Virus record (IMG/VR): IMGVR_UViG_3300031454_000230
Coordinates: 1 to 51,013 of that record
From: a virus
Taxonomy: Duplodnaviria > Caudoviricetes
Length of the DNA: 51,013 bases
Direction: 5' to 3' (one strand)
Position numbers and translations under genes: made by a program. Below are positions 35,466 to 44,189 of this stretch, piece by piece. Position 1 is the stretch's first letter. Each line of letters starts with the position of its first letter. The notes below the pieces were generated by a model, which had not been told where the DNA came from, did no database searches, and worked only from the letters and a program-made list of their open reading frames with translations.

Positions 35466-35947
35466 AGGACTGGACGCGCTCGCTGCGGCCCGCCTCGTTC
35501 CGGGGCGCCCGCTTCCTCACCGAGACGGAGGAGCTGTCGGCCGGCGGCCGCAACGTCGCGACGCACGAGTTCGTGCGCTCCGAAGACGTCCTGTCCGAGG
35601 ACATGGGCCGCAAGGCGAAGAAGTATAAGGTCAAGGCCTACATCGCCAACGATGCGGCCGAGGCGGACAGCGCGGCGCTCGTCTCGGCCTGCACCGCGCC
35701 CGGCGCCGGGTCGCTCGTTCTGCCCCTGCAGGGCACCGTCCAGGTCATCTGCACAGAAATCTCGTCCAGCCACGCGAAGGAGAAGCTCGGCTACGTCGAG
35801 TTTTCCCTCGAGTTCGTCGAGGCGGAGGACGGGCCGGCCTTCCCCTCGATCTCGCTCGGCGACCGCCTGGCGATCGAGGCGCTGGATGGGCTTGCCGCCC
35901 TCGCCGCCCCGGTCGTCGATCGCGCCAGGGCGGGCCTCGTCCGATGA
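35462..35947 (+). CDS. DNA circularization protein N-terminal domain (Mu gpN-like)
   Basis: WTRSLRPASFRGARF..GGR..HEF..EDMGR..GSLVLP..FSLEFVE. Confidence 0.9.
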   Translation: MKDWTRSLRPASFRGARFLTETEELSAGGRNVATHEFVRSEDVLSEDMGRKAKKYKVKAYIANDAAEADSAALVSACTAPGAGSLVLPLQGTVQVICTEISSSHAKEKLGYVEFSLEFVEAEDGPAFPSISLGDRLAIEALDGLAALAAPVVDRARAGLVR

Positions 35948-36687
35948 GCGTCATCAACGACGAAGCGGCCCGAATCGGGCCAGCGATCCCGACGCTCGCC
36001 GCGCTGCTCTCGATCATTGACGCGGCCCGGGCCGCCATGCCGGGGCTCGACCCGGCTTGCTCGACCGACCTCGGGACCGCGCTCTCCGAAGCGTCGCGAG
36101 CCGCGCGGGCAGCCCGGACCGTCGCCGCGCTCGCGGACGCACTCGCGTCCTGCATCACCGTTCTCCGGGACCTCGGGCGCGCCTCGTCCGACCCGGCGAC
36201 GTCCGCCCCGGCCTGGGCCGCCGCCCAGGATGCCTCTGCGGCCCTGCAACTCTCTTCACGGTCGCCCGCCACTCGCCGCGCGACCGGCCTGCCGAACGCC
36301 GTGGCGGCGCTCGGGGAGGGTGCGTGCCTCGGGGAATGGGCGGTCGCGACCGCCCAGGTGGAATACAGCGACCGCCCGAGCGCGCTCGCCGCCAAGGCGG
36401 CCCTGTCGGACCGCGCCGGCCCGACGCTGGAGCGGGTGGCGCGCCTCGCCGGGCAAGCCCCGTGGCGGCTCCTCTCGCGCGCGGTCGAGCAATCGGCTGC
36501 GCATCTCAGCCGCCGCTCGCTCGACCTCCGGCCGGTCGTTCTCGTCACGACGGCGCGCTCGCTCCCCGCGACGGCGCTCGCCTGGTCCCTCTACGGCGAC
36601 CCGTCCCGCGCGGCCGACCTCGTCAGCCGCAACCGCGTCGGCACGCCGGCCTTCATGCCCGTCCGCTTCGAGGCGCTCGCCCCATGA
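35944..36687 (+). CDS. C-terminal part of a gpN-like tail protein
   Basis: LPATALAWSLYGDPSRAADLVSRNRVGTPAFMP C-terminal motif. Confidence 0.8.
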   Translation: MSVINDEAARIGPAIPTLAALLSIIDAARAAMPGLDPACSTDLGTALSEASRAARAARTVAALADALASCITVLRDLGRASSDPATSAPAWAAAQDASAALQLSSRSPATRRATGLPNAVAALGEGACLGEWAVATAQVEYSDRPSALAAKAALSDRAGPTLERVARLAGQAPWRLLSRAVEQSAAHLSRRSLDLRPVVLVTTARSLPATALAWSLYGDPSRAADLVSRNRVGTPAFMPVRFEALAP

Positions 36688-37736
36688 CGCTCGAAGAGGT
36701 CACGCTCGTGGTCGGCGGCACCGCCTTGCGGGGCTTCCAGGAGATGAACGTCAAGCGCTCGGCCGAGGAGGCCGCGATCGCATTCGGCTTCAAGGCCACG
36801 AACCCGTCTTGGACGGCCGACGCGTTCGCGCTCCGGGTCGGGGCCGCCGTCGAGGTGCGGACCGGATCCGAGCTGATGTGCCGGGGCTATATCGACGAGT
36901 ACAACGGGGACCACGGCGAGAGCGGCTCGCACGAGGTCCGCTGTTCCGGCCGCTCGAAGGCGCAGGACGCGATCGACTGCCCTCCCGCCAAGCACAAGAC
37001 GGGGCGGATCGAGAAGAAGACGCTCTTGCAGGCCGCGAAGGAGTTCGACGAGTTCGGCCTGTCCTGGACGGCCGACGTGCCGCTGAAGCCGATCGCGAAG
37101 ATCCAGCGCAACCCCGACGAGACCGTGTTCGAGACCGTCGAGCGCTACGCGCGGCGCGAAGGCCTGATGCTGCAGGGCGAGCCGGACGGCGGCATCAAGA
37201 TCACGCGGGCCGGCACCAAGCGGCACGCCGGCGCGCTCGTCGAGGGTTCGCCGCCGATCAAGAAGTTCGGCGTCGCGTTCTCGGCCAAGGACAAGAAGTC
37301 GCCGATCGTGGTGCGCGGCCAGCGGGCGACCGGCACGGACGCGAAGTCGCTGCGGCAGGAAATCCAGAGCTTCGATCCGAGCGTCGGCCGCTACCGCCCC
37401 CTCGTGCTGTTCGTCGAGGGCGACGTCGACGACAAGAAACTGAAGAAGCGGGCCGAATGGGAGCGCTCCCGGAGGTCCGGCGCGGGCGTCAAGGTCTCCA
37501 TCACGGTTGCCGGCTGGCGGGACGAAGCGGGCGAGCTGTGGAAGCCGGGCCGGCTTCTCGCGGTGTCGTTCCCATCCGAGCGGCTCGACCAGGACATGTC
37601 TCTGTCGAGCGTCGACTTCAAGCAATCGTCCAGCGGCACGACGGCCGACCTGGAGTTCGTCGATCCCCGCGCGCAGGGCGGCAAGAACCCGAAGGGCAAG
37701 TCCGACAAGGCCTACAAGGCCGAGGCGGATTCGTGA
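36684..37736 (+). CDS. Baseplate hub protein (Mu gp44/gpP-like)
   Basis: VTLVVGG, GYID, SGRSKAQDAIDC, GWRDEAGELWKPG. Confidence 0.92.
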   Translation: MTLEEVTLVVGGTALRGFQEMNVKRSAEEAAIAFGFKATNPSWTADAFALRVGAAVEVRTGSELMCRGYIDEYNGDHGESGSHEVRCSGRSKAQDAIDCPPAKHKTGRIEKKTLLQAAKEFDEFGLSWTADVPLKPIAKIQRNPDETVFETVERYARREGLMLQGEPDGGIKITRAGTKRHAGALVEGSPPIKKFGVAFSAKDKKSPIVVRGQRATGTDAKSLRQEIQSFDPSVGRYRPLVLFVEGDVDDKKLKKRAEWERSRRSGAGVKVSITVAGWRDEAGELWKPGRLLAVSFPSERLDQDMSLSSVDFKQSSSGTTADLEFVDPRAQGGKNPKGKSDKAYKAEADS

Positions 37737-38209
37737 GCCACTCCATCTTCCGCGGCGCCGTCCAGGAAACGGACGATGACGGCGATCTGCAGACCGTCCG
37801 GCTTCTCGGCCCACGCGGGGAGGAGCTGACCAAGGTCCACCGCCCGATGCCGTTCGGCCTCGCGTCGCACGCGCCGGTCGGCTCGCACGGGATCGGCCTC
37901 GCGGCCCATGGCGAGCGCGAGCTCGCGGTCCTGCTCGGGGCGGAACATGCCGACAAGCGCCCGCGCAAGCAGGCCGCCGGCGAGACGACGATCTACAACG
38001 GGCACGGCCAGGCGGTCTCGATCGTCAAGAACGCGGTCCGCATCGCCGGCGGCGAGACGATCACGCTCACCGCCGGCACCATCATTCTCGCCGGGGTCGT
38101 GAAGCTCGGCTCGGCCGACGCCAACCGCGAACTCGCCTTGAAGGGCTCGACGGACAGCGCCGGCCACACGGAAACCGGCAACCTCGCCACCAAGGTCTAC
38201 GGGATCTGA
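37733..38209 (+). CDS. Baseplate spike (Mu gp45-like)
   Basis: DDDGDLQTV, PFGLASHAP, GETTIY. Confidence 0.9.
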   Translation: MSHSIFRGAVQETDDDGDLQTVRLLGPRGEELTKVHRPMPFGLASHAPVGSHGIGLAAHGERELAVLLGAEHADKRPRKQAAGETTIYNGHGQAVSIVKNAVRIAGGETITLTAGTIILAGVVKLGSADANRELALKGSTDSAGHTETGNLATKVYGI

Positions 38210-38216
38210 GCGCGCC

Positions 38217-38729
38217 ATGCTGACCATCACGCCGCTCGAGGAGGCCGGGGTCGCGCTCCTGCCGTTCGACGTCGTGTGGAACGGTTCGGCCGGCGATTTC
38301 GTGGCGGACCCTGTTTTCGGGCTTCAGGCGCGGGACCCGATCGCGACCGCGGTCGTCCTCCTCCTGTTCAGCGACGCGCGCGGCTCGGACGCGGCCCTTG
38401 CACGGGCGGGCGAGAGCGATCCGCGCGGCTGGGTCGGCGACGGCTTCGACGTCGACCGCGCGGGCGGCGAGGCGCCGCTCGGCTCGACCCTGTGGCTCCT
38501 GCGGCGCGAGGCGCTGACCGACGCGGTCGTACGCCAGGTCGAGGATGCGGCCCGCCAGGCGCTTCAGCCGCTCATCCGGCAGGGCGCGGTCGCCCGCATC
38601 GAGATCTCGACTGCCCCGGACGCCGCGCGGCGCATTCTGGGGCTGTCGGTCGCTCTCTTCGGCCGCGATGGCGGTCGGCGTTATGCGGCGCGCTTCGACA
38701 TCCTGTGGAGAGGCGCTCGTGCCCTATAG
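38217..38729 (+). CDS. Baseplate protein (Mu gp46-like)
   Basis: TAVVLLLFSDAR, RGWVGD, LGSTLWLLRRE, ALQPLI. Confidence 0.92.
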   Translation: MLTITPLEEAGVALLPFDVVWNGSAGDFVADPVFGLQARDPIATAVVLLLFSDARGSDAALARAGESDPRGWVGDGFDVDRAGGEAPLGSTLWLLRREALTDAVVRQVEDAARQALQPLIRQGAVARIEISTAPDAARRILGLSVALFGRDGGRRYAARFDILWRGARAL

Positions 38730-39798
38730 CGTGCCGTCTCTCGACGACCTCTCCAAGCGGGCGCGCCAGCTGTTCGCGCTGGCGCTGCCGGGCGCCAAGG
38801 TCGACCTTTGGCCGAGCACCCATGCGGTCGTCGGCAAGGTCGTGGCCTCGATCGGGTTCGAGGTCCACCTTCGGATTGACTGGCTCCTCCGGCAGGTCTT
38901 CGCCTCGACGGCCGATGACGAATGGCTCGACCGGCACGGCTACGAACTCGGGGTGACGCGGGTCGAGGCGCGTCGGGCCATCGGCGATGTCCTCATCGTC
39001 ACCACGGGCTCGGCGTCGTTCCCGGCCGGCCTGCTCTTCCAACGCGGCGACGGCGCGCTCTTCCGGGGTCGCGTCTCCGGCGTGTGCGGCGGGACGGTCG
39101 CGCTCTCCGTCGAGGCCGTCGATCCCGGTCCGGCCGGCAACACCGATCCGGGCGCGACGCTGACGCCGCTGGATGCGACGCCGGGCTTCCCGGCGAGCGG
39201 GACGGTCAACCCAGCCGGCCTATCCGGCGGCGCCGATCGTGAGACCAAGGAGCGATTCCGGGCCCGGGTGCTGACCCGCAAGCGGAAGCCCTCCCAGGGC
39301 GGCGCGCGGTCGGATTACGCCGCGTGGGCGGCCGAAGCCCTCCCGACTGTCCGGGGCGTGTGGGTCGACAGCTTCGTCAACGACACGCGTTCGGTATGGG
39401 TCGCCTTCACGGTCGGCGACCAGCCGAACGGCATCCCGACCCCCAGCCAGGTCGCGATTGTGCAAGCCTATCTCGATGACCCCATTCGCCGGCCCGTCAC
39501 AGCCCGCGTCTTCGTCGTCGCGCCGCTGCCCGTCATCATCCCCGTCGTGATCGCGCGGCTGTCGCCCGACACGCCCGACACGCGGAGCAACGCCGAGGCC
39601 GAGCTCGCGGCCGTGTTCGCAGCTCGAGCTCGGCCCTCGTCGCCGTCGCAGCCCTTCACCCTCGAATACGACTGGCTCGACGAGGCCATCAGCGGGGCCG
39701 TCGGCGAAGACAGCCACGATCTCGTGACCCCGTCCGGCGATATCCCGTTCCCGGTCGGCTACATGCCGGCCCTTGGCGCCGTGTCCTATCCGGCATGA
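38719..39798 (+). CDS. Baseplate J/gp47-like protein
   Basis: TADDEWLDRHG, GPAGN, GGADRE..FRARV, GGARSDYAAWA. Confidence 0.93.
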   Translation: MPYSVPSLDDLSKRARQLFALALPGAKVDLWPSTHAVVGKVVASIGFEVHLRIDWLLRQVFASTADDEWLDRHGYELGVTRVEARRAIGDVLIVTTGSASFPAGLLFQRGDGALFRGRVSGVCGGTVALSVEAVDPGPAGNTDPGATLTPLDATPGFPASGTVNPAGLSGGADRETKERFRARVLTRKRKPSQGGARSDYAAWAAEALPTVRGVWVDSFVNDTRSVWVAFTVGDQPNGIPTPSQVAIVQAYLDDPIRRPVTARVFVVAPLPVIIPVVIARLSPDTPDTRSNAEAELAAVFAARARPSSPSQPFTLEYDWLDEAISGAVGEDSHDLVTPSGDIPFPVGYMPALGAVSYPA

Positions 39799-40757
39799 CG
39801 GCCATCATCCCCACGGCGGGCTGGAGCGCCGATTCCGATCTCACGGCCGACAACGGTCTCGTCACGGCCGACGGCGGCCACCGGTCTGTTCCGAGTAGTT
39901 GGCCGAGTGGTTGGCCGTGCGCTCTGCTCGACGCGACGCCGCCCTTGGTCGACGACGCCCTCACGGCCCCCACGGGCGCCGGCCTGACTCCGCAGGTGCT
40001 GGCGAACGCCCCGCGGGGGGCAGCCTGGGGAACGGACGAGGCTGGCGACGGCTCCGGCGCGTCGCCGGTGCAGCGCCGATTCTGGTCTGCGCTCGCGGGC
40101 TGGTCGGCCGACCTCTACGTGGCTGCGGGCGCGGCTGTGCAGGCCTTCCCGTCCGCCATCACATGGTCGCTCGATGATTGGGAGCGCGAATACGGCCTGC
40201 CCGACCCGTGCCTGTCCGGCGTGGCCGGAACGGACGCCCGGATCGCCGCCGTGCGCAGCCGCTTCGGCGCGATCGGCGGCTCGAGCCCGGCCTATTTCGT
40301 CTGCCTGGCGGCGAGCCTCGGCTACGACGTCACGATCGAGGAGCCGACGCAGTTCCTCGTCGACACGAGCGAGTGCATCGGGGCTGGCCTCGGCGAGGCG
40401 TGGTTCCACTGCGACGACGGAGAGCTCGACGACGAGCCCCTCGAGCGCTTCACCTTCGACGCGAGCCCCGATGACGGCGACGGGGTCGCGGGCGGCATCA
40501 TCGAAGACTGGTTCCTGTGCGACGACGGGGTTGTCGACGAGACCCCGATCGAGGCTGCCGCCCAGGATCCGGCCGGCTCGCTCTGGAAAAGTTGGGTCGT
40601 GCACGTCGATGCCCTCGGTGAGAGCTGGTTCCGGGTCGACGAGGGCGTGATCGACGCCGACCGCCTCGAAGCGTTCCTGCCGGCGAGCGACCTCGAATGC
40701 CTCATGAGGCGGCACGCGCCGCCGCATACCGAACTGCTGTTCGCCTACGCCGCCTGA
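39795..40757 (+). CDS. Baseplate wedge, Mu gp48/YmfQ (DUF2313)-like
   Basis: PRGAAW, LDDWEREYGLPDPC, SPAYFVCLAASLGY, LECLMRRHAPPHT. Confidence 0.9.
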   Translation: MTAIIPTAGWSADSDLTADNGLVTADGGHRSVPSSWPSGWPCALLDATPPLVDDALTAPTGAGLTPQVLANAPRGAAWGTDEAGDGSGASPVQRRFWSALAGWSADLYVAAGAAVQAFPSAITWSLDDWEREYGLPDPCLSGVAGTDARIAAVRSRFGAIGGSSPAYFVCLAASLGYDVTIEEPTQFLVDTSECIGAGLGEAWFHCDDGELDDEPLERFTFDASPDDGDGVAGGIIEDWFLCDDGVVDETPIEAAAQDPAGSLWKSWVVHVDALGESWFRVDEGVIDADRLEAFLPASDLECLMRRHAPPHTELLFAYAA

Positions 40758-40850
40758 CGCGGCACGCCTCGCCCATCCCTTTCGGCTCGACCCTGCGACG
40801 GCGTCCCGCCGGCGTCGGTGAAGCCATGCCGCCCGCGACCGGAGTTTCCG

Positions 40851-41828
40851 ATGCTCTACAATCCCCCGACCGGGTCGACCGACCCGCTGGCGCCCTACGT
40901 CGGCAAGAACCTCGTCACCGGCGAGCAGGGCTCGAAGGTCCCGCCGCGCGCGATTGAGGCCCCCCAACGCGAAATCGTGAACGTTCTCGTGGCTGCTGGT
41001 CTCACACCGAGCGCGACCGACAACGCTCAGCTCCTCAAGGTTTTCGGCATTCTTTCGCCTCGGCTCGTGACGAATCAGACACTTTATGTTCGCACCGACG
41101 GCAACGATGCCAATGACGGATTGGAGAACACTTCGGGGAAGGCATTTCTGACCATCGCCGCAGCCATCGCCGCCACGGCGAAGTTGGTCGCCACCGGTGC
41201 GATCACCATTCAGCTCGGCATAGCCGGCACGTACGCCGCGCCGGGCGGCGTCAATCAGCCGGGCAAGAAGATCATCCTGCGCGGGGATCCCGCGAACCAA
41301 GCCAGTTACATCGTGTCCAGCGCGGGCGCGCCGAACCAGCAGCCGCTCGCAGTCGTCGCCTGCTCGATGGCAGCAAACGGAATAACTTTCGCAAATACCG
41401 GCGTCGTCGCCGACACCGTCGCGGCGATCAACGGCGGCTCGCTTGACCTCACGAACTGCACGTTCACGTCGATCGGCGGCAACGGCAACTTTCACATCGC
41501 TGCGTTCGCGACAGGATCCGTCACCGTCAATTCGGGCTGCATCTTCTCGTCTGGGATGGGAGGATGGCTGAAGGCGGGCGGGGGCGTCATCACCCTCGCG
41601 CAGACGACGTTCACGTTCTCTGGCGCGCCCGCGTGGTCGGACGCTGGGGTACGATCGACGACGGTCGGCGTCGTGCAGACCGTCGGCACGGTCATGTTCG
41701 TGGGCTCGGCCACGGGCCTCCGCTACGCCGCCAACACGAACGGCATCATCAATTCAAACGGCGGCGGCGCGAACTTCTTCCCCGGTAGCACCGCCGGCAC
41801 GACCGACAATGGAGGCCAGTATGTTTAA
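40851..41828 (+). CDS. Tail fibre / receptor-binding protein
   Basis: MLYNPP..GSKVPPRAIEAPQREIV anchor, LYVRTDGNDANDG, beta-helix-like Gly/Thr-rich C-terminus. Confidence 0.85.
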   Translation: MLYNPPTGSTDPLAPYVGKNLVTGEQGSKVPPRAIEAPQREIVNVLVAAGLTPSATDNAQLLKVFGILSPRLVTNQTLYVRTDGNDANDGLENTSGKAFLTIAAAIAATAKLVATGAITIQLGIAGTYAAPGGVNQPGKKIILRGDPANQASYIVSSAGAPNQQPLAVVACSMAANGITFANTGVVADTVAAINGGSLDLTNCTFTSIGGNGNFHIAAFATGSVTVNSGCIFSSGMGGWLKAGGGVITLAQTTFTFSGAPAWSDAGVRSTTVGVVQTVGTVMFVGSATGLRYAANTNGIINSNGGGANFFPGSTAGTTDNGGQYV

Positions 41829-42093
41829 GCCGTTCAACGCTCGTAACTGGTACTGGAAAGCCGACAACGGCCGCGTGTTTTCGTCCGCACGCGGACAGGT
41901 CGTCCCGGTCAGCGATGCTGCGCTCGCGTCCTGGTCTGCGGATGGTTCCGGCCCAACCACGTGGCCCCGAGACGATGATGGAGCGCAAACCGATGCCGCG
42001 CTACGCGACGTGCTGGCGCCCTACGGGCTGACGGGACCCGGCTCGGTTCCCGTTGTGCCGCAGTCGGCGTCCAGAGCCCAAGGAGGGGCCTGA
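41821..42093 (+). CDS. Small tail-fibre-associated protein
   Basis: FNARNWYW..RVFSSAR..TWPRD..LRDVLAPYGL; GGAGG SD. Confidence 0.7.
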   Translation: MFKPFNARNWYWKADNGRVFSSARGQVVPVSDAALASWSADGSGPTTWPRDDDGAQTDAALRDVLAPYGLTGPGSVPVVPQSASRAQGGA

Positions 42094-42095
42094 CC

Positions 42096-43547
42096 ATGTT
42101 GTTGCGCTTCCTGCTCGCCGCGATCCTGGCGCTTGCTCCTGTCGCCGCGTTAGCGGAGCAGCGGCCCGTCAACATTGGCGCTCCCAACTCGGGCACTGGC
42201 GATCCGCTACGGGCCGCCTTTGCGAAGCTGAATGCCAACGATGTCGAGCTGTATGCCTCGGTCAGCACGCTCCTGACGGCGCTCGCTGGCAAGGCCCCGC
42301 TCGCCAGTCCGGCATTGACCGGAACGCCGACCGTGCCGACGCCGTCGGCCGGCGACAACTCGACCCGGATCGCCAACGCGGCTTACGTCAATACGGCGTT
42401 CGCCACCCGGCAACCGCTCGATTTGACCCTCACGAGGCTGAGCACGCTCGGCGTGGCGTCTCTCCTCGATTCCGGCGCCGTGTTCGGCGGGCACAGCGTC
42501 GCGGCCGTTCTGTCGCGCGCTGAGACCCAGGCGCACCCCTTCGATGCCCGCGGCATCCTGGCGATCAGGAAAGAGGCGTTCGGCTCCGGCGTCGACGGGG
42601 GCGGCAGCGTTGCCGTCGCGGACTTCAACACGCTTTTCGAGATCAAGAAAACGAACTGGCTGACGAGCGATCAGCCCGGCGAGGTCGACACGCTGTCGCT
42701 CATCACCCGGCAGGGGCGCCGGGGCGACGCGGGCTCAATCCTCTTCAACGGTCAAAAGGTGAAGGGCACCGCGACCGATACTGGGGGCCTTACTGGGCTT
42801 GAGGGAGAGCTTCGCTGGGTCAACGCTGCCGGCGCGGCCACGATGGGTATCCACGTCACGACGGGCCACCTTGAGGGCGTGGGCGGTATTTCGGGCGGAA
42901 CCGCGGTTGGGTTTACCGCCGAAGCCACGAAGGGCACCCCGTTCGCCGCGTTCCATGCCGGCGCGTTCAATCCGGACGGGGATACGCTTCACCCCAAGTG
43001 GCAGTACGGCTACTTTCAATCCGACACGCGCGATCCGCTGACGGTCAGCTCGTCCATCGATAACCTCGGGCTCGGCTATTTCAAGGGCGGGTTGCGTGTC
43101 GGGACGGGCGCGACAATCGCCACGCTCGGCAATGCGGCAGAAAAGAATACAGGAACTGCAGCTGGAACAGTCGCCGCGGGCGACGATAGTCGATTTTCTC
43201 CAGGCTCGTGGACACAGACCACGCCGGTGCCTTTAGCCGCTGTCGGCACAATAACGTCAGCATCCTCCGTCGTGCGCTATCGGACCTTCGGTAAGACCGT
43301 GTATTTCACCGTCAAGGTAACGATCCCAACAGCTGGCACGGGCAGCAACCAGCTCCTCGTGAATATGCCCTACGCTGCCGTCGAATATTCAGCTTTCGCC
43401 GGTCGCGAGAACGCAGTCAGCGGTAAGATGCTTCAAGGGTTTATCGCTCCTGGTTCCGCAACGTTGAACATTCTCACCTACGACAATCTGACCACGATCA
43501 CGAATGGAGCGGTGGTGATCTGCTCTGGTGTCTACGAAGCGACCTAA
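42096..43547 (+). CDS. Fibre-like protein with signal peptide and gp9/gp10-type GTGD motif
   Basis: MLLRFLLAAILALAPVAALA then VNIGAPNSGTGDPLRAAFAKLNAN; KAPLASPALTGTPTVPT and GTAAGTVAAGDDSRF fibre motifs. Confidence 0.8.
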   Translation: MLLRFLLAAILALAPVAALAEQRPVNIGAPNSGTGDPLRAAFAKLNANDVELYASVSTLLTALAGKAPLASPALTGTPTVPTPSAGDNSTRIANAAYVNTAFATRQPLDLTLTRLSTLGVASLLDSGAVFGGHSVAAVLSRAETQAHPFDARGILAIRKEAFGSGVDGGGSVAVADFNTLFEIKKTNWLTSDQPGEVDTLSLITRQGRRGDAGSILFNGQKVKGTATDTGGLTGLEGELRWVNAAGAATMGIHVTTGHLEGVGGISGGTAVGFTAEATKGTPFAAFHAGAFNPDGDTLHPKWQYGYFQSDTRDPLTVSSSIDNLGLGYFKGGLRVGTGATIATLGNAAEKNTGTAAGTVAAGDDSRFSPGSWTQTTPVPLAAVGTITSASSVVRYRTFGKTVYFTVKVTIPTAGTGSNQLLVNMPYAAVEYSAFAGRENAVSGKMLQGFIAPGSATLNILTYDNLTTITNGAVVICSGVYEAT

Positions 43548-43576
43548 CACCCACTCGGGTTGATCTTCTGCCCCGC

Positions 43577-43597
43577 GCCCTCTTCGGAGGGCTTTTT
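43577..43597 (+). terminator. Rho-independent terminator
   Basis: GCCCTC-TTCG-GAGGGC-TTTTT. Confidence 0.85.
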
Positions 43598-43616
43598 CAT
43601 ATCCGGAGAAGTCAAG

Positions 43617-44186
43617 ATGACGGTCCGCTTCCCGCTCACTCGCGACGCATGGGTCGACCTCGGGGCTGCGCCCCTGTCAGTCGTTCTGGCCAGTGTGTCG
43701 CGAGCCTTCGTCGTCCCGGGTACCGCACCGCCACCCGTGGCGTCAGAAGAAGCCCAAATCCTCTTTCAAGACGGGAACAAAAAGGACATTTTCGGCGTCC
43801 CAGGCCAGCGCGTCTATGCTCGGGCCGTGGATACAACAGCGGCGGTTTGGGCCCTGCCGGTCGCCGCAGCCGTCTCGTCGGGCGGCAAGGTCAGTTACAC
43901 GCTCCTGTCCGCGGCAAGCACGACAGGGGCGGCCTCCACGAACATCGCGGGCGGCAACTACGTCTGGCGCGTCGAGGGCACCTTCGGCGGAGCAACCGCG
44001 ACATTGCAGGTGCTCGGCCTCGACGGCACGACCTGGACGAACGCCAAGGACGCGGACGGCACGACCGATATCACAGCGACGGCGGCGCGCTCAAAGGCGG
44101 TCACGGTCGCCCAGGGCACCGCCGTCCGCGTCGCCATCGCGGGCGGCTCCGGTGTCTCGCTCAACTCCACTCTGGGGGGCTACTAA
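43617..44186 (+). CDS. Two-domain beta-rich virion accessory protein
   Basis: GGAG SD; GTFGGATATLQ..DGTTW motif; beta-strand-rich. Confidence 0.7.
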   Translation: MTVRFPLTRDAWVDLGAAPLSVVLASVSRAFVVPGTAPPPVASEEAQILFQDGNKKDIFGVPGQRVYARAVDTTAAVWALPVAAAVSSGGKVSYTLLSAASTTGAASTNIAGGNYVWRVEGTFGGATATLQVLGLDGTTWTNAKDADGTTDITATAARSKAVTVAQGTAVRVAIAGGSGVSLNSTLGGY

Positions 44187-44189
44187 GCC

